Shown here: positions 48,844 through 62,362 of the stretch, piece by piece | Layout: each line of letters opens with the position of its first letter | Numbering within the stretch: the first letter of the stretch is position 1 | Origin: Lytechinus pictus | Lineage: Eukaryota | DNA length: 64,000 nt | Direction of reading: 5' to 3' | Assembly (NCBI RefSeq): GCF_037042905.1 | Contig: NC_087257.1 | Coordinates: 16,554,001-16,618,000 of the forward strand | The notes under the pieces: generated by a model | Seen by the model: only the letters and a program-made list of their open reading frames with translations | Database searches by the model: none | Told to the model about the DNA's origin: nothing | Translations under genes and position numbers: made by a program

Positions 48844-50082
48844 TCACAATAAGTAATTGTAATTTCTATTTTGTTTTTAAACTCTCGATGATTCCTTGTT
48901 CCTTGTCGTTCTATTCCCTGAAGTCCTCCACCAGGGAGGGTAACTCAGGGCTGACGAGAGTGGGGGTATTATTACTCTGTTTTGTTTTGTTGCAGGTTTT
49001 GCATGTTTAGTTTTAATTTAAGTATGTCAGTGCTTTTGGAGCACTGATATGAAGAAGTAATTCCAGTTTTAATATTCATATTTCAAATAATACAGCGTGA
49101 GTATGTGACATCATCGTCTCTTTTGTTTATACCCAGCCCTATCTCTCATTGATTTCAAAGTTTCAAGATTTTACTGATTAACTTCATTCTATTTTTTTTT
49201 TACACATAAAATAACTCAAAACGATCATGGGCATAATTGGGCAGATAATCAGATATAATGTATGATACAAAGTAATATCAGATAAGATTGAAAATGAATA
49301 TGTTGATGAAATCTTCGTGATGCATAGGCCTACAGCCTTTCACTATTTTTGTAGAAATTGATGCAGTGGCGGATCTACGGGGGGGGGGGTATGAGGGTAA
49401 ACCCCCTCCCTTCGGCTGCCAAGTTTAAAAAAAGGTAGGCCTAATGACCTAAATTTTGGAGTCAACCCCAAATTACCTTCATTAGAACCTTTTTTTAATT
49501 GATCGGTACCAAAATGACCGTTTGGTAGTGGAACCCTTTTTTATGCTAAGGAGGGGGGTTTGACCGAGAATTAAATCTGACAATTTCTCGGTCAAACTCC
49601 CCTCCTTGGAAAATAAAGCTAGATACGCCCCTGTGATGTATATTTTATATTCTTTTTCCTCATCCGTTTTTTCCGTTGGAACCTGGTCCACCATAATATG
49701 TGTTTGATTGATTGGCCTATGTGTTTTCCTTTTTTCCTCTTCTTCATTCTTTCATTATTTTCTTTTCATTCAGAATTATTTAAATGATTATAAATGATAT
49801 GGTGAATGATGACAATCTAAATCAAAGCCAAGGAATAGACCTATGATAGAGTTAAACACATTCATTCATACAATTTAGAATTTTTGCTCTCGACCAACTT
49901 ATCTCATGTTTAACATCTGTAAGTTTTTAAATGAACATCTCGTCACGAGTAAAGAAATTTCTCATTTGAAAAAAAAAAAAAACCCAAATAGAATTACAGC
50001 CGGAATATACTACAAATACAACGCCCCACTCCCCCTCGAATCATTGACACTCGATCTAAAAATCATCAAAACAACACTATCA

Positions 50083-50240
50083 GGGGAGTGTTTCAACAAC
50101 ATTTTTGTCCGACAAGTTATCAGATCTGACAACTTTCCTTGATTCTGATTGGCTGAGAAGCACTGTTACTATGGTAACTGTCTGATAAAACAGGATTTGT
50201 GGATAAAACATCTGACAAGTCCTTCATGAAACGCTCCCCT
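50083..50240. mobile_element. Harbinger-like MITE
   Basis: GGGGAGYGTTTCA...TGAAACGCTCCCC with CWG flanks. Confidence 0.65.
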
Positions 50241-50500
50241 GAAATGACTGAAAAGAAGGGAAGGGGAGAAGGGAGATACTTCAGTAGCTTAGTCTATATA
50301 TATATGATGGATTATGTACTTTTTTAAACCGAAAATAGAAACAAAATAGAAACAAAATAAAAACAAAATAAAAACAAACATTTCAATAGCGCTGAGCCTT
50401 ATTGCATGAGCTGTTTTGTTTTTACACTCTCGATGATATGAAGAAGTAATTCCAGTTTTTTCAAAATTGAATATTCATTCAATTATTCTACTAATAGATC

Positions 50501-50852
50501 CAGCGGCGTAGGCCTACCCAGGTCCCAGGATTTTCCAAAAGGGGGGCAATTTTTTGGAGGATATTTCGTTCGCGAAAAAATTTGACAAGCCAAAAAAAAA
50601 AGGTCTTCAACCACAAATAAAGGATTTCGTACCAGCAAAAAAAAATTGACCAGCCCCCCCCCCCCCCAAAAAAAAGGTCTTCAAGTTCAAAAGAGGGGGC
50701 ACACGTCTGTTTTCATTGCATTAATACATTGCAAATTATTAATTTTGCTTCTCAAAGGGGGGGGGGGGGGGTACGTCCCCTGGATCATGTTGTGACTCGT
50801 CAGGGGGGGGGGGGGCAGTCTGCCCCCCCCCCCCCCCTTAGGTACGCTAGTG
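50501..50852. mobile_element. hAT-like MITE
   Basis: 8-bp TSD AATAGATC; body homologous to 34532-34790. Confidence 0.75.
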
Positions 50853-52962
50853 AATAGATCATAGATCTATGCCCGGGATCTATGAGCTAGCTACGTTGAA
50901 AGGATTTAACGGAAACGGAAGTTCGGGAGGTGGATCTGATGACCAGAAGTTTGTGTTTATTTCAACATATTAGTAGGTATGTGCGACGCAAATGCTCCAT
51001 TATTTCAGAGATTTTATTCATTTTGATTGTGACGAGTGTGCTTGATGATGTACTTCTGTATAAAAACGGTTTTTATTCAACATCGCTTTCAAGATTTCTT
51101 CGTTTTTTGTTGGGCATACCCACGCATCGATTTTCGTGTTAGTATGTGATTGCCACGCCCATCAATGGGACTTATCAGTGACCGCGATCGCTCCACTCTA
51201 AGCACCAAGGCTATTAATTCCTGTGTTAAAAAAGTGAGTGCACGCGAATTAAATGTTGGACTTAAATTACTAGATCTTACCATGGAGCTCCATGACGAAA
51301 TCTGTTCTTAAATTAGACTCTAGATATTACTAAATTGAAAAAATGTATAAATAGTACTCGCCTGGTCTTTTCTTGGGGTATTGAAGCCTTTTTGTCCAGA
51401 ACTTGCTCAACTTTTGCGGCAAATTTTGTCGCCATAGGGTTGTGCACATTCTCGTTTAATACTGGTTGTCACGTGACACGGCAATGTCGTTAGGCTGTTT
51501 GGCCTGTATTCAAGGCGTTCTATCCGTTATGATTTTATATTGAATGAAGCTAATTCCATCAGGTATAGCCCTGATAGCAGAAACTGGTAAAAATGACGTC
51601 ATAATTACGTCAGTTTAACGACGAGTGTCACGTCATTTTGACGTCGTAACATGACGTCTTATTGACGGGATCTTGCACCCGCGAATAACGTCATTATGAC
51701 GTCGTATATTGACGTCATTATGACGTCTCCAAGAGTGACTACGACGTCTTAATGACGTCTTAGCAACGTTTTTACAACGTTTTCCTGACCAGTATCAAGG
51801 GTCAGATTGACGTCGTGTATTGACGTGATTATGACGTCTTCGAGAGTCAACAACGACGTCTTAATGACATCCGTGCAACGTGTTCCTGACCGGTTTTAGA
51901 CGTCATATTGATGTAATTATGACGTCTTTAAAAGTCATCTACGACGTCTTAATTACAACTTTGCGACGTATTCCTGACCAGTTTCAGATGTCATATTGAT
52001 GTAATTATGACGTCTTTATAAGTCAACTACGACGTCTGAATGACGACTTTGCAACATATTGCTGACTAGTAATAGACGTCATATTGACGTCGCATATTGA
52101 AATGAATATGACGTCTTTTGGAGTCAACTATGATATCTTAACGTATTCTGACATGATAATGACCTAAACATTAAATTCTACATGCAATGTACATACACAC
52201 ATCACTTCAAAGACCTTGTCATTGAGGATTATCTATATTTGGTGAATACTGAGGTGGTCTGACAATGTCCAGCATTCCCAGTAACAATATAATGATCCTC
52301 CATGCCAGGGCCTTGCATAACTTGTCTCAGTCTCAAGAACATGACCCCCCCCCCCCCGAAAAAGAATATATACAAAAATGGAAAACGAAATCAAATACAT
52401 GTACGCATTTCAATTACGAAATCGTGGCAAATATTCTATTAATAAATAAAAGTTGCATAACATATTACCAGGAAAAAAAAAAGGAATACAAAATGTTGAA
52501 AACTCTAAATAGATTGAAAAAAAAAAACACTTTTCTATGAAAATGCAGTATTAGGGTCAAAGGAATGAAATTACAATGTTTGTTATACCAATACATACAA
52601 TTGTACATGTATAAATACACATTAATACATAACAGAGGCATAATGATCTCCCAGAATAAAGCTTTTTCGTTGAAATTGTAATTAAATATACCTTCAACTT
52701 TAGACAACTATGTAATGTAGGTAAAAATATACTGTATGTAAAAAAAAAATACCCGAGTTGGAATAGTTTCAGGATTTATGGAAGCTCGCATTTGGGTGAA
52801 AGAATCATACATGTACATTAATTCTTATGAAATGTTTGGGTTGTATTACACTATCACTTAGGGCCAGGGGTAAAAGACAGTAGTTGCAGCAAACAATTAT
52901 TTCTTCGGAAAGTCTTTTAAATTAAGGTTAATTGTCAAAATATTGTACATAATCTAGATCTG

Positions 52963-53232
52963 GGCCCTGTCTTACAAAGAGTTACGATTGATCCGATCAA
53001 TCATAACTCTATGGAAATCCATCAGTGTCATAATTTTTTTCTACGAAAAATTTGCACAATGTCCTTTGTATGCAAAGAGAAGCGCAGCGAATTTTGAGAA
53101 AACAATGAATGCATGAACATACATCATAGCTAGAAAATATTTTGAACAAACATGCTTAATAGATGTTAACGTTGCTGACCGTCCATAGTTGCGATTGATC
53201 GGATCAATCATAACTCTTTGTAAGACGGGGCC
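52963..53232. mobile_element. Harbinger-like MITE
   Basis: TIR GGCCCYGTCTTACAAAGAGTTA, TSD CTG; empty site in the duplicate at ~54410. Confidence 0.85.
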
Positions 53233-53577
53233 CTGGTAAATTAATGTAAACTTGTATCTTTGTAAAATCATGAATTTTGATCTTAAAATCAATAATTCTG
53301 ATGATCACTAACACAGAAAAGCATATGTGGGACAGGACAGTGTATTATGATTGATTTGAAAAATACCCGACATTTGATAGAATTACATGCTTATTTTGCT
53401 CATTTCTCAGCAATTACACATTTTCTTCCCGAGCTTTTTGGCACACATCTTTTATATATACATACACTTTGCTGGTAATTCTGTTGGATTCTGTTCGAAC
53501 TCATTTTAAGATAGTTACTACTAGAGGTGCGCTATTAACTTAAGGCAACTATGTAATGTAGGAAAAAATATACTGTA

Positions 53578-54186
53578 CCGTAAGGGTACTAGTATTCAAC
53601 CCGTTTGGAGAGTTTCCTCATATATAGAAATATAGAATTTACCTGAATTTCAGACCCGTCTTATTTCCAAGAGCAAATGCTGGTTATTCTTTTTCCGTTA
53701 TTTTTTTCTTCAACCAGTTGACTGTGTGCGCGGGCGATCGAATTATACGGCGACGGATTTTAGTACTAGTATTCAACCCGTCGGCACTAGTATTCAACCT
53801 AGCGATGAAAGATGGCCCTGTCTCTCAATCTGCCCTTGTCCCAACCGACTATGGACTAGACCATTTGAGATGAGACCAAACAGGGAATTAATCAAAGCCA
53901 GAGACTTACATAGATCTAGATCTAATTTAGCAATCTAAACCCTTTTGAGATTTGCTATCAATCCTCACTAGGTTGAATACTAGTACCATTCAGTGCAAAA
54001 GGCCATCGCCGCATAATTCGATCCTCCGCGCATACAGTCGACAGATTGATAAAGAAAATACCGACAACAGATTACCCTGTACATAACAAAGGTATGAAAT
54101 TAAGATAAATTCCCTATTTCTAAATATTTTGGGGAATATGTCAAAATCTTTGAATTATGCCGGGTTGAATACTAGTACCCATACGG
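53578..54186. mobile_element. Tc1/mariner-type MITE
   Basis: TIR CCGTAWGGGTACTAGTATTCAACCCG, TA TSD; empty site in the duplicate at ~52735. Confidence 0.85.
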
Positions 54187-54944
54187 TATGTAAAAAAAAA
54201 ATACCTGAGTTGCAAAGTTTTCAGGATTTATGGAAGCTTGCATTTGGGTGAAAGAATCATGCATCAATAAGTCTGATGAAAATAGTTTGTGGAACTGTTG
54301 TATTACACTATCACTTAGAAGGAAAAGACAGTAGTTGCAGCAAACAATTATTTCTTGAGAAAATCTATAAAATCAAAGTTAATTGTCAATATGTTGTACA
54401 TAATCTACATCTGGTACATTAATGTAAACTTGTATCTTTGTAAAATCATGAATTTTTTAACTTAAAATTGATAATTCTGGTGATCGCTGTAAACACAGAA
54501 AAGCATATGTGGGACTGTGTATTATAATCGATTCGAAAAATACCTGACATTTGATAGAATTACATGCTTATTTTGCTCATTTCTCAGCAATTACGCATTT
54601 TCTTCCCTACATGTAGCTACGTAGGCTTTTTATGTGAGCTGAGAGATTTCATACCAGATTTCCTTTGCTTGATAAAGTTCTTATGATAGTCTGTGTATCA
54701 GCATAGCATGTGTTCAGTGTTTTGAACCCACTGGAAATTGTGCATCATATCTTTATGTATGGAAGTCATTTTGCATCTGCAGTCTCCATGGTTTTTTCAG
54801 GATCTATGTGTTGACTAGACCAGTCCCATATTGATATTTTCGTGCTGTGTCACTTTGGAAGGCCATCTCTAATTGGTTGACTGGTGAGTTGGCAGATGCA
54901 CAGCCCATCCCACTTTTCAATTATATCATTACGTAATCTCTAAC

Positions 54945-55560
54945 ATGTCTAAGATATCCACCAGATCAAGAGGCCGCTTGCACTCGGCTAACGCATGTAC
55001 ACAATCCTCTGCTTCATCATTAACTGGATCTAAACAAAGCCCAGCATACATAGATCATATTGATACAGTCGTTCAAAGAGCGGTGGCCGTGGCAATGGAA
55101 CGCGAGAGACAAAAACTCAATGATGACATGGATAAGCGCGAAAATAAATTGCGTGAAATTCTTGATGAAAAGCTCACTAGTCTACACGTTCTTGAAATAT
55201 CTATCGATACTAAATTGAAGCAACTCCGTGATTTTGAAAAATCGGTTTCTGATAACATGACTAACACCATAATGCTTTGTCAAATAGGCTTGACCACATC
55301 GAGCAGTACTCCTGTCGCAATAATATCCGTATCCGTATGAGATTGTTCGAAATGTAGCAAAGCAGATTGGTATCGATCTTACTCCATGTGACATTGATCG
55401 ATCCCATCACCTTTGCCGACCAACTAGCAGTCATGATGTTCAACCCAAAGGATCATACCCCGGCCCTGTAATGCCAACTTAGCAGCTCCACCAATCAATG
55501 TGAAATTCACTTCATACAGGCCGAAACAAACGATGATGAAAAATAGAGGAAAATGAAAAT
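54945..55560 (+). mobile_element. Degenerate LINE ORF1 fragment (coiled coil plus L1-type RRM-like region)
   Basis: Coiled-coil ORF, then frameshifted LDHIEQYSCRNNIRI, IDLTPCDIDRSHHL and PPINVKFTSY motifs typical of CR1/L2 ORF1. Confidence 0.7.
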
Positions 55561-56719
55561 GCTCAGGAACAGATGACTGGGTGCAGGCAGGCAAGGCAGT
55601 TCAGGTGGGATGAAAATTTATTGGCAGGACACCTTCCGTTTCAAATTACAGCATCTGCAAAAATAACAGAAGAGGAGAAACATAAAAACTTTTTCTACAT
55701 AAACTATTTATTAATCTTCATTAAAAACTAGATGGTTTCAATATTAATTTCCAATTTATTTTAAATGATTAAAAAACGATGTGGGGTTTGTTACATATTT
55801 TATACTTCAAATATTAACATGTTAAGTCAAGTCGGGGGGGGGGGGCATGATGCCCTCAAGACCTTTAACCATCTCTGTATAAGGAAGGAAATTTTAGAAT
55901 CAATTTATTTGACACATAAAACATATTATTTTTTTATAATTACAATTTTAATTCATGCCTTTTTTATGTGTTTTAAATGGTTATGGGGTAACCAGGACTG
56001 TCAGGACCGAGAATTCGAACTTCGAGGCTGAAATACAGCCATTCCCTATGCCTGATTTGGCTTAAATTCAGGTCAAGGATCAATTAAATATATATTTTGC
56101 AAAAAAAATCTGACAAATTTTGAGGTGGAATTAGTTTTCTGGCATCGCGAGATCGACCAATGCAAAATTTTATTAGCGCCAATTTACCATCTAAACTTGT
56201 CATTGAAATTAGAACGTCCAAACCGATCTAGTACCAGTACTAGCACAATGAATCAATCAGCTATGCATGTGCACCAATTCTGTATTTCTTGCATACGTAC
56301 GTCACTCGAGTTAAAGTTCATGTCATTGCGTTATATAGCGTGGGAATTGTAAGAAAGTGATCCTTCAAAATTTTTACCTTCCAACAATTAACATTTTTAA
56401 GCCTTTGTATGCATTTAGAGTACAAAAGCTTACAAATTGGACAAATTAAATGTTTGCCCCAAAATTATTGTGGGAAGGGTGGATTTTCTAGGGAAATCCA
56501 TCTTAGTGTACAAAGTTCTACAGGCAACAGAGACTTGTCTAGGCTCCGTGAATGAAAATACAATGAAAAATATCACAGAGTCCTCGAAGTACAGTCAGGA
56601 CCATTAACAGATTATAAGGTGCCCCGAGTTTGTGCACACCCAAATCTGCGTGATTCTGATAATAGAGATTCCCAATGATCCCCCCCCCCCAAAAAAGGCT
56701 TTACATCTGAAATAGCCTT

Positions 56720-56905
56720 CTAACTTACCTACTGCCCGATGCCTCCTATCATGTAGGGCAGCAACGAAGGATCTCCACTCCTGGCATCCAGCGATTCTTG
56801 GCCTTCTTCTGGAAACTCCCCAAGGCCAGGTAATATTCACTGACTTCATCTCCTCCTCAACTCCTCATGTGTGACACAGAGACAGGTGGTTTTGTGTCTC
56901 CCTCT
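56720..56905 (-). mobile_element. RTE-type LINE 3' fragment
   Basis: Minus strand ...EWRSFVAALHDRRHR with TAAG-like tail. Confidence 0.6.
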
Positions 56906-57011
56906 CTTTCTCCTGAAATGTCAAACAGATCTATTCATTAAAAATCTTACTCAAAATGGTGCTTTTGGTAGAAAAATAATGAATATAGGGCATTTCATGT
57001 GACGGCCTTAA

Positions 57012-57786
57012 CCCTTATTAAACTGGGGGGGGGGGGTCAATTTGACCCCCCCCTCAACAAATTTCATCACTACGCTGTCGCGCAAAAAATTTTGATCGCG
57101 CCTCTCACTGACTTTTTACTTTCAAGTCTCGCGCAAATTTTGAGACCAAATTGGCGACACCCGGGTACGCGGTTACGACATTACGCAACATTATGTAAGT
57201 GCATGTCAGACCCAAAATTGCTCATAAACATGATTTCATGTACAAATCCAATGCAAATTGTGTATTTAGCCAAAATTCATAAATTTATCTTTATTTCTAC
57301 TTTTACTGATTAAACTTAATTAATTTTGCCTTGTTTATGATTAGAATTAAGTCTAGAACGATTTCCATCGAAAATACTTGTAATAAAAAACAAAATGTAA
57401 AAAAACAAATACATGATTAGAAAAAAAATAAAATACATAAGAAATCGGTCTTGGTACCAGACTTTTTTTTCATTCACAATTGTTAGGAATGCTATAAAGA
57501 ATATTTTCACCCAAAAAATAGCATTCTAGGAGCTTTATTTAGTGAATCAGAGCAAAAAGTATGATTTCATGAATAAATTAGCATAATTAATTCATATAAA
57601 ATAAAAAAATATGAATTCAGTGAAATTTACCAATGCAACTACGTAGATTACGTCATTCTCTACCATCATGCAAATTTTCGTTGTGATCGTGCAATCCACA
57701 GCCGAGATCTTATAAGGGGGGGGGCAATAATACCCCCCCCCCCCCCGGGAATGACAAGAATCAAAATACCCCGGTAGATTTAGGAT
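57012..57786. mobile_element. piggyBac-like MITE
   Basis: TTAA-CCCT start and AGGA-TTAA end, with poly-G/poly-C subterminal hairpins. Confidence 0.55.
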
Positions 57787-60700
57787 TAAAAAAATTGTCA
57801 GTACGGTATATCATCGAGGATCTACATAGTAGGATGGGGGGTCGGGTGTCCGGACACTTTATATTTTTGAAGCCTTCTTTTTTGTCTTTGGATTACACTA
57901 AAAATATGAATTCAATAGTTGTAATCATCTTCTATTTTGTTCTCTATAATATTTCCTAAAAATTTTTACTAAACATTTATGAAACTTCGCTTGTAAATTT
58001 TTCCAAATGACTTTCTAAAGCTGATCGTCCGGACTCACAACCTGTCCGGACACACAACAACTGGGTATACATGTACTATGTAGATCTGGTACAGTTACAT
58101 AAACTGAACTTTGTGAAATCTTGAAATCTACGCTGAAAAATGTTCAAACTGAAGATCACCAACACAGATAAGAGCACGTGGGACAATTATTATTGCTCTG
58201 ATTAATGTCGGCCCGGCCCGACGCTTGCCTTGGCTCGAGTTGACCCGAATCCTGTGCTTTTTTTGCTTATTTCGCAGCAATTACACAATTTCTCCTGGCT
58301 TTGGCACATAGCCTACCGGTATATTATTTATAAATATAGACAGACACTTTGGTGGTCATTTCATTGGATTCTGTACGAACTCATTTTGATATCGTTACCA
58401 CAACTGGCATTTACCTTAAAGTGTGCACTGTGTCTGTGCAGACTTGGGCCCTGAGCCCACCAGCGCAGCCTGTCCTATTCAGCATGCCGGCGCTCGGGGC
58501 AGCCACCCCGGCCGGGCAGTGTCAGTGCACGAAATCTAAAGCCAAAGGCAAGCCGCGCTCCGAAAAGAAAATCTTAGTAGAAGATGGTTATCTAACTTAC
58601 TGTTTGGTCTCCTGCGAATGCCTTCGAAGTCGTTATCCAAATCTGAACCGTGTTCTTAAAGTAGTAGAACTATTATTAACGGCCATCTTCGTCGCACTTA
58701 ATTCTCGATCCAAAATTAGGCTGCAACATTTAACGGCGAAAAACGGGCGCATTCCTTTTTCAAGTTAAATGGTTGCGACTGCGCCAGTTGCATGCAGTGC
58801 AGCGCGCATGTGCAGGCTCGACGCCCGGCGGCGAATTAATTCTGCGGATCATGAATTTTTTTATAGGGGGGGGGGGGCGTGCATGGGGGGGGGGGTGAGC
58901 TAACTAGATAGGGGGTTTGCATGACACCGGGGCATGACACCACTTGCGAAAAAAAAGTTTTAAAATAGATACAAACTTCTTTGACATATAAAGCTTCCTC
59001 TAGTTTGGTTTGGTTGGCAACCAGTTAAGAAATGATTATTTTTGCCACTGCTTTTGAAACTTTTTTTCTTTGAAGAATTATATACTTTACCTTAAATTAA
59101 AAAAATTCTGTACTATTTTTTTTTAGTTTTACTTTTCCTTTTATAAGTAGAAATAGCCTTGCTAACATGGCAAGGTTGAAAAAATGGCAAAATAGTATGT
59201 GGCTTTGAAATTAAACTTGTAAATTTCCTCGTCGTTGATTGGTAAAATTTGATGTCATAATCACGTCGTAATGTGGTCATATGAAAACGCAAATTTCTTT
59301 GTCGTTGTTTGGTAAATAAATGATGTCATAATCACGTCATAATGTGGTCATATAAAAATGCAAATTCATTTGTTGCAGATTGGTCGATAAATGACGTCGT
59401 AATCACGTAATAATCTGGTCATATAAGAAAGCAAATTTACTTGTCGTAAATTGGTCAGTAAATGACGTCGTAATCACGTCATAATCTGGCCATATAAGCG
59501 AGCAAATTTACTTGTCGTAAATTGGTCAGTAAATGACGTCGAAATCACGTCATAATCTGGTCAAATAAAAATGCAAATGAAAGTTGCCATTCTAAGTCGT
59601 CAAAATGACGTCGTAAGAACGTCATAAATACGACGACATGACGAGTATTACCACTTTACGATCAGTTAATGACGTCATTACGACCGTGTCTGCTATCAGG
59701 GAGGCCCCTATCAAGTCAAAATCGATACAGGGATCGAGAGGGGGGGGGGGGGGTGGAGCCAAAAATTTCCCAGTCACATGGTATGAAAATGATATTTTTT
59801 ATGATTGTCCACGATCATTAGGGCAAACCCGTGTGGCAGTACGGTAGCGTGATGAGTAAAAAAAAAATAAAATAAAAGAAAGAAAGAGGGCCAATGTAGG
59901 CATACATGGCGCTTGGGAATAAAGTTGCTTTATATGTTCCAAGCGAGTGAAGCAAGCGAGAAAAAAACTTTTCCTGCAAATCTAAATTTGAGATAGATAT
60001 CTTAACTTACACTTTTCCTTTTCTTTTCATTAATTCCCTTCATTTCTTTTTTATCTTGGTTGTAGAACTTTCGGGGGCCCCTAGGCCTAACCCTTCCATC
60101 GTGTACCCCCAGTGCAATATCAGCAGGTGGGTCTCGATAACTCTGGATATTTAGCAATTAGACCTATTTATAGAAAAACATAACGTTAATGTTTTGACCC
60201 CTTCCCCCCCCAAAAAAAAGGAAAAACAATTATAAACTAAGTTATATACATCCCCCTTTTCTCATTTCGCTTTTTATTTTCTCTATTCCCTCCTAATTTT
60301 TTTTTGGGGGGAGGGACCTTTTCGGGGGGCACCGCCCCTAGCTACGCGCCTACCAGATGAAGAGGCGAGCGAGCAAAACCTTTGTCACTTTTATTACAAA
60401 TATCAATTTTGCAATAGATTTTGACATAACATTCGGAATTATTCTCGCATGCATTTTTCTTTCCTTTTGCTTTTTTATGGCCTTTTATTTCTCTTCCCTT
60501 TCTCTTTCTGTCTTTCTTTCTTTCTTTCTTTCTTTTCCTTCCTTCATTCCTTTTCTCTTATCCCGTTTTTTTTTTTGTGAAATCCACTGGACCGGGGATC
60601 AAGGGCCAGCCTGCATGCCCCCGGCGGTTTACGCCTCTGCCGTGGATGTAAGCTATATATACGCATGATCTTAATCTTCATTATGATTCAAACTATATAG

Positions 60701-62362
60701 AGGTGCATCCAAGATTTTCCAAATTAAGTAGGGGGGGGGGGGGCGGGGTGAATTTTCTCAAGTAAAATTTGACAACTCCCAAAAAAGGTTCTTACTAAAA
60801 AAAAAAAAACCGGTCATTATATTGTCTCGCGTAAAGTTTGACAAGTTAAAAAAAAATGGTCACTCAAAATGAAAGTCATTTTGTCCGCGTAATATTCGGC
60901 AAGCCCCCCCCCCCCCACAAAAATAAGAAAAGGGAAAGTCATTTAGTCCACGTGATATTTGGCAACCCCCCCCCCCAAAAAAAAAAAAAAAAAAAAAGGT
61001 TTTAACTATAGCAATGATCGAAGGTCATTTTGTCTCGCGTAAAATTTGACAATTTTTTTATAAAGTTGTCACTAAAAAGAAGGTCATTTTTTCCACCATT
61101 GATTATATTTGGCAAGCCCCCAACCCCCACCCCCATAAAAAAAAGTTTGTCCCTAAAAGTGATGTATAGAAAGTCATATTGTTAATTTGTTCCCAGTAAA
61201 ATTTTGAATTTGGCAATTAAAAAAAAAGGCAAAAAAGAGAAAAGAATATGAACGAAATATCCCCATTACAAATAATGCTGTACGTGATTCTCATGAGGGG
61301 GGGGGGGGGCACATAACTAGTATTAATAACATATTTAATTCCAAAATGTTTACTATAAATCTCAAAAGGGGGAACGGGCAGAAATGCTCACCCCAACCCC
61401 CCCCCCCCCCCCCCGCCACTGATTCCAATCAATAATGACTTTTCTCTGCAATACTGATGCTTTGAAATCAAGATACTGAAGATTGATACGCTTAACATAA
61501 ATTATGAACGTCTGACAAAAAGATAACCAACCGATCACCTGACCGATCAGCTGACCAGTACGCGTATCACTTCGGAGTTGATCACTCGTCGCAGCTGTGT
61601 GGAACGCTCACCGAAAATCAACAAAAAGGGCCTGAAATGTAAGTTTAACAATAATCGATTTTAATTTCAACTATTTTTACAACTAAATAAAGGTTTGCCG
61701 TCCGAATGAAAGGTATATCGGATAACTCTAACTTGTATTAAGGTGTACATTTACCAAAGTCTTGGGTTGGAAATCAGAACAGCATTGTCCATGTTGTCCA
61801 ACCCATAATTTGGGTAATGTCGCCTATGAGGTCCATACATGTTAATGTTTGGACCTCATTGGTACTAGGAGTGGATCGCTCGTGTTGCATCGCGCTAATG
61901 GCAATGCAAATGGTGGCAAAACTTCTGTCGCCAGACTTTTGAGCTTACTTGAAATTACTAGAATTTACTCTAAATTCATAGGCAAGAGTTGTTTAGCCCA
62001 GTTGCCCACATAACGTAATATAATTTCAAGGGAATAAAAATTAATGCTATTGTATTGTTATCAATTTATAAACTGACAATTGAATTAACAATCATGTGGC
62101 TGAAACCAAGGCCAGGTGACCGTTTGATAGGCGCAAATATTCACTGCTGAATGATATGCGCCGTATAAAACAAAAACAACAGCAACAGATTTAGATATAG
62201 GCATGATAGGTAGTGGTGAATGAAGTACATCCACATTGTCCAATTCAACAATACAGTTATTTGTGATTTGTTTTTTTCACAAGTATACTTTCTGTACATT
62301 ATATGTCACTGATAAACGAACCTCAAGGAACAACTTTCACTTTCCTTACACAGCAGTATACC

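Larger units (their letters stand above)
51569..59701. mobile_element. Large non-autonomous EnSpm/CMC-like element with TGACGTC-rich subterminal arrays and nested insertions
   Basis: TIR CCCTGATAGCAGA at both ends, 2-bp TSD AG, inverted subterminal arrays at 51590-52150 and 59210-59690. Confidence 0.7.

Noticed and set aside
51590-52150. Regular repeat arrays (also 59210-59690, 13215-13310) resembling CRISPR
   Set aside because: Eukaryotic DNA, no unique spacers and no cas genes; these are transposon subterminal repeats
58349-58768. 139-aa plus-strand ORF
   Set aside because: Spans a MITE end and a promoter-like region whose splice and initiator signals are on the minus strand; no recognisable domain
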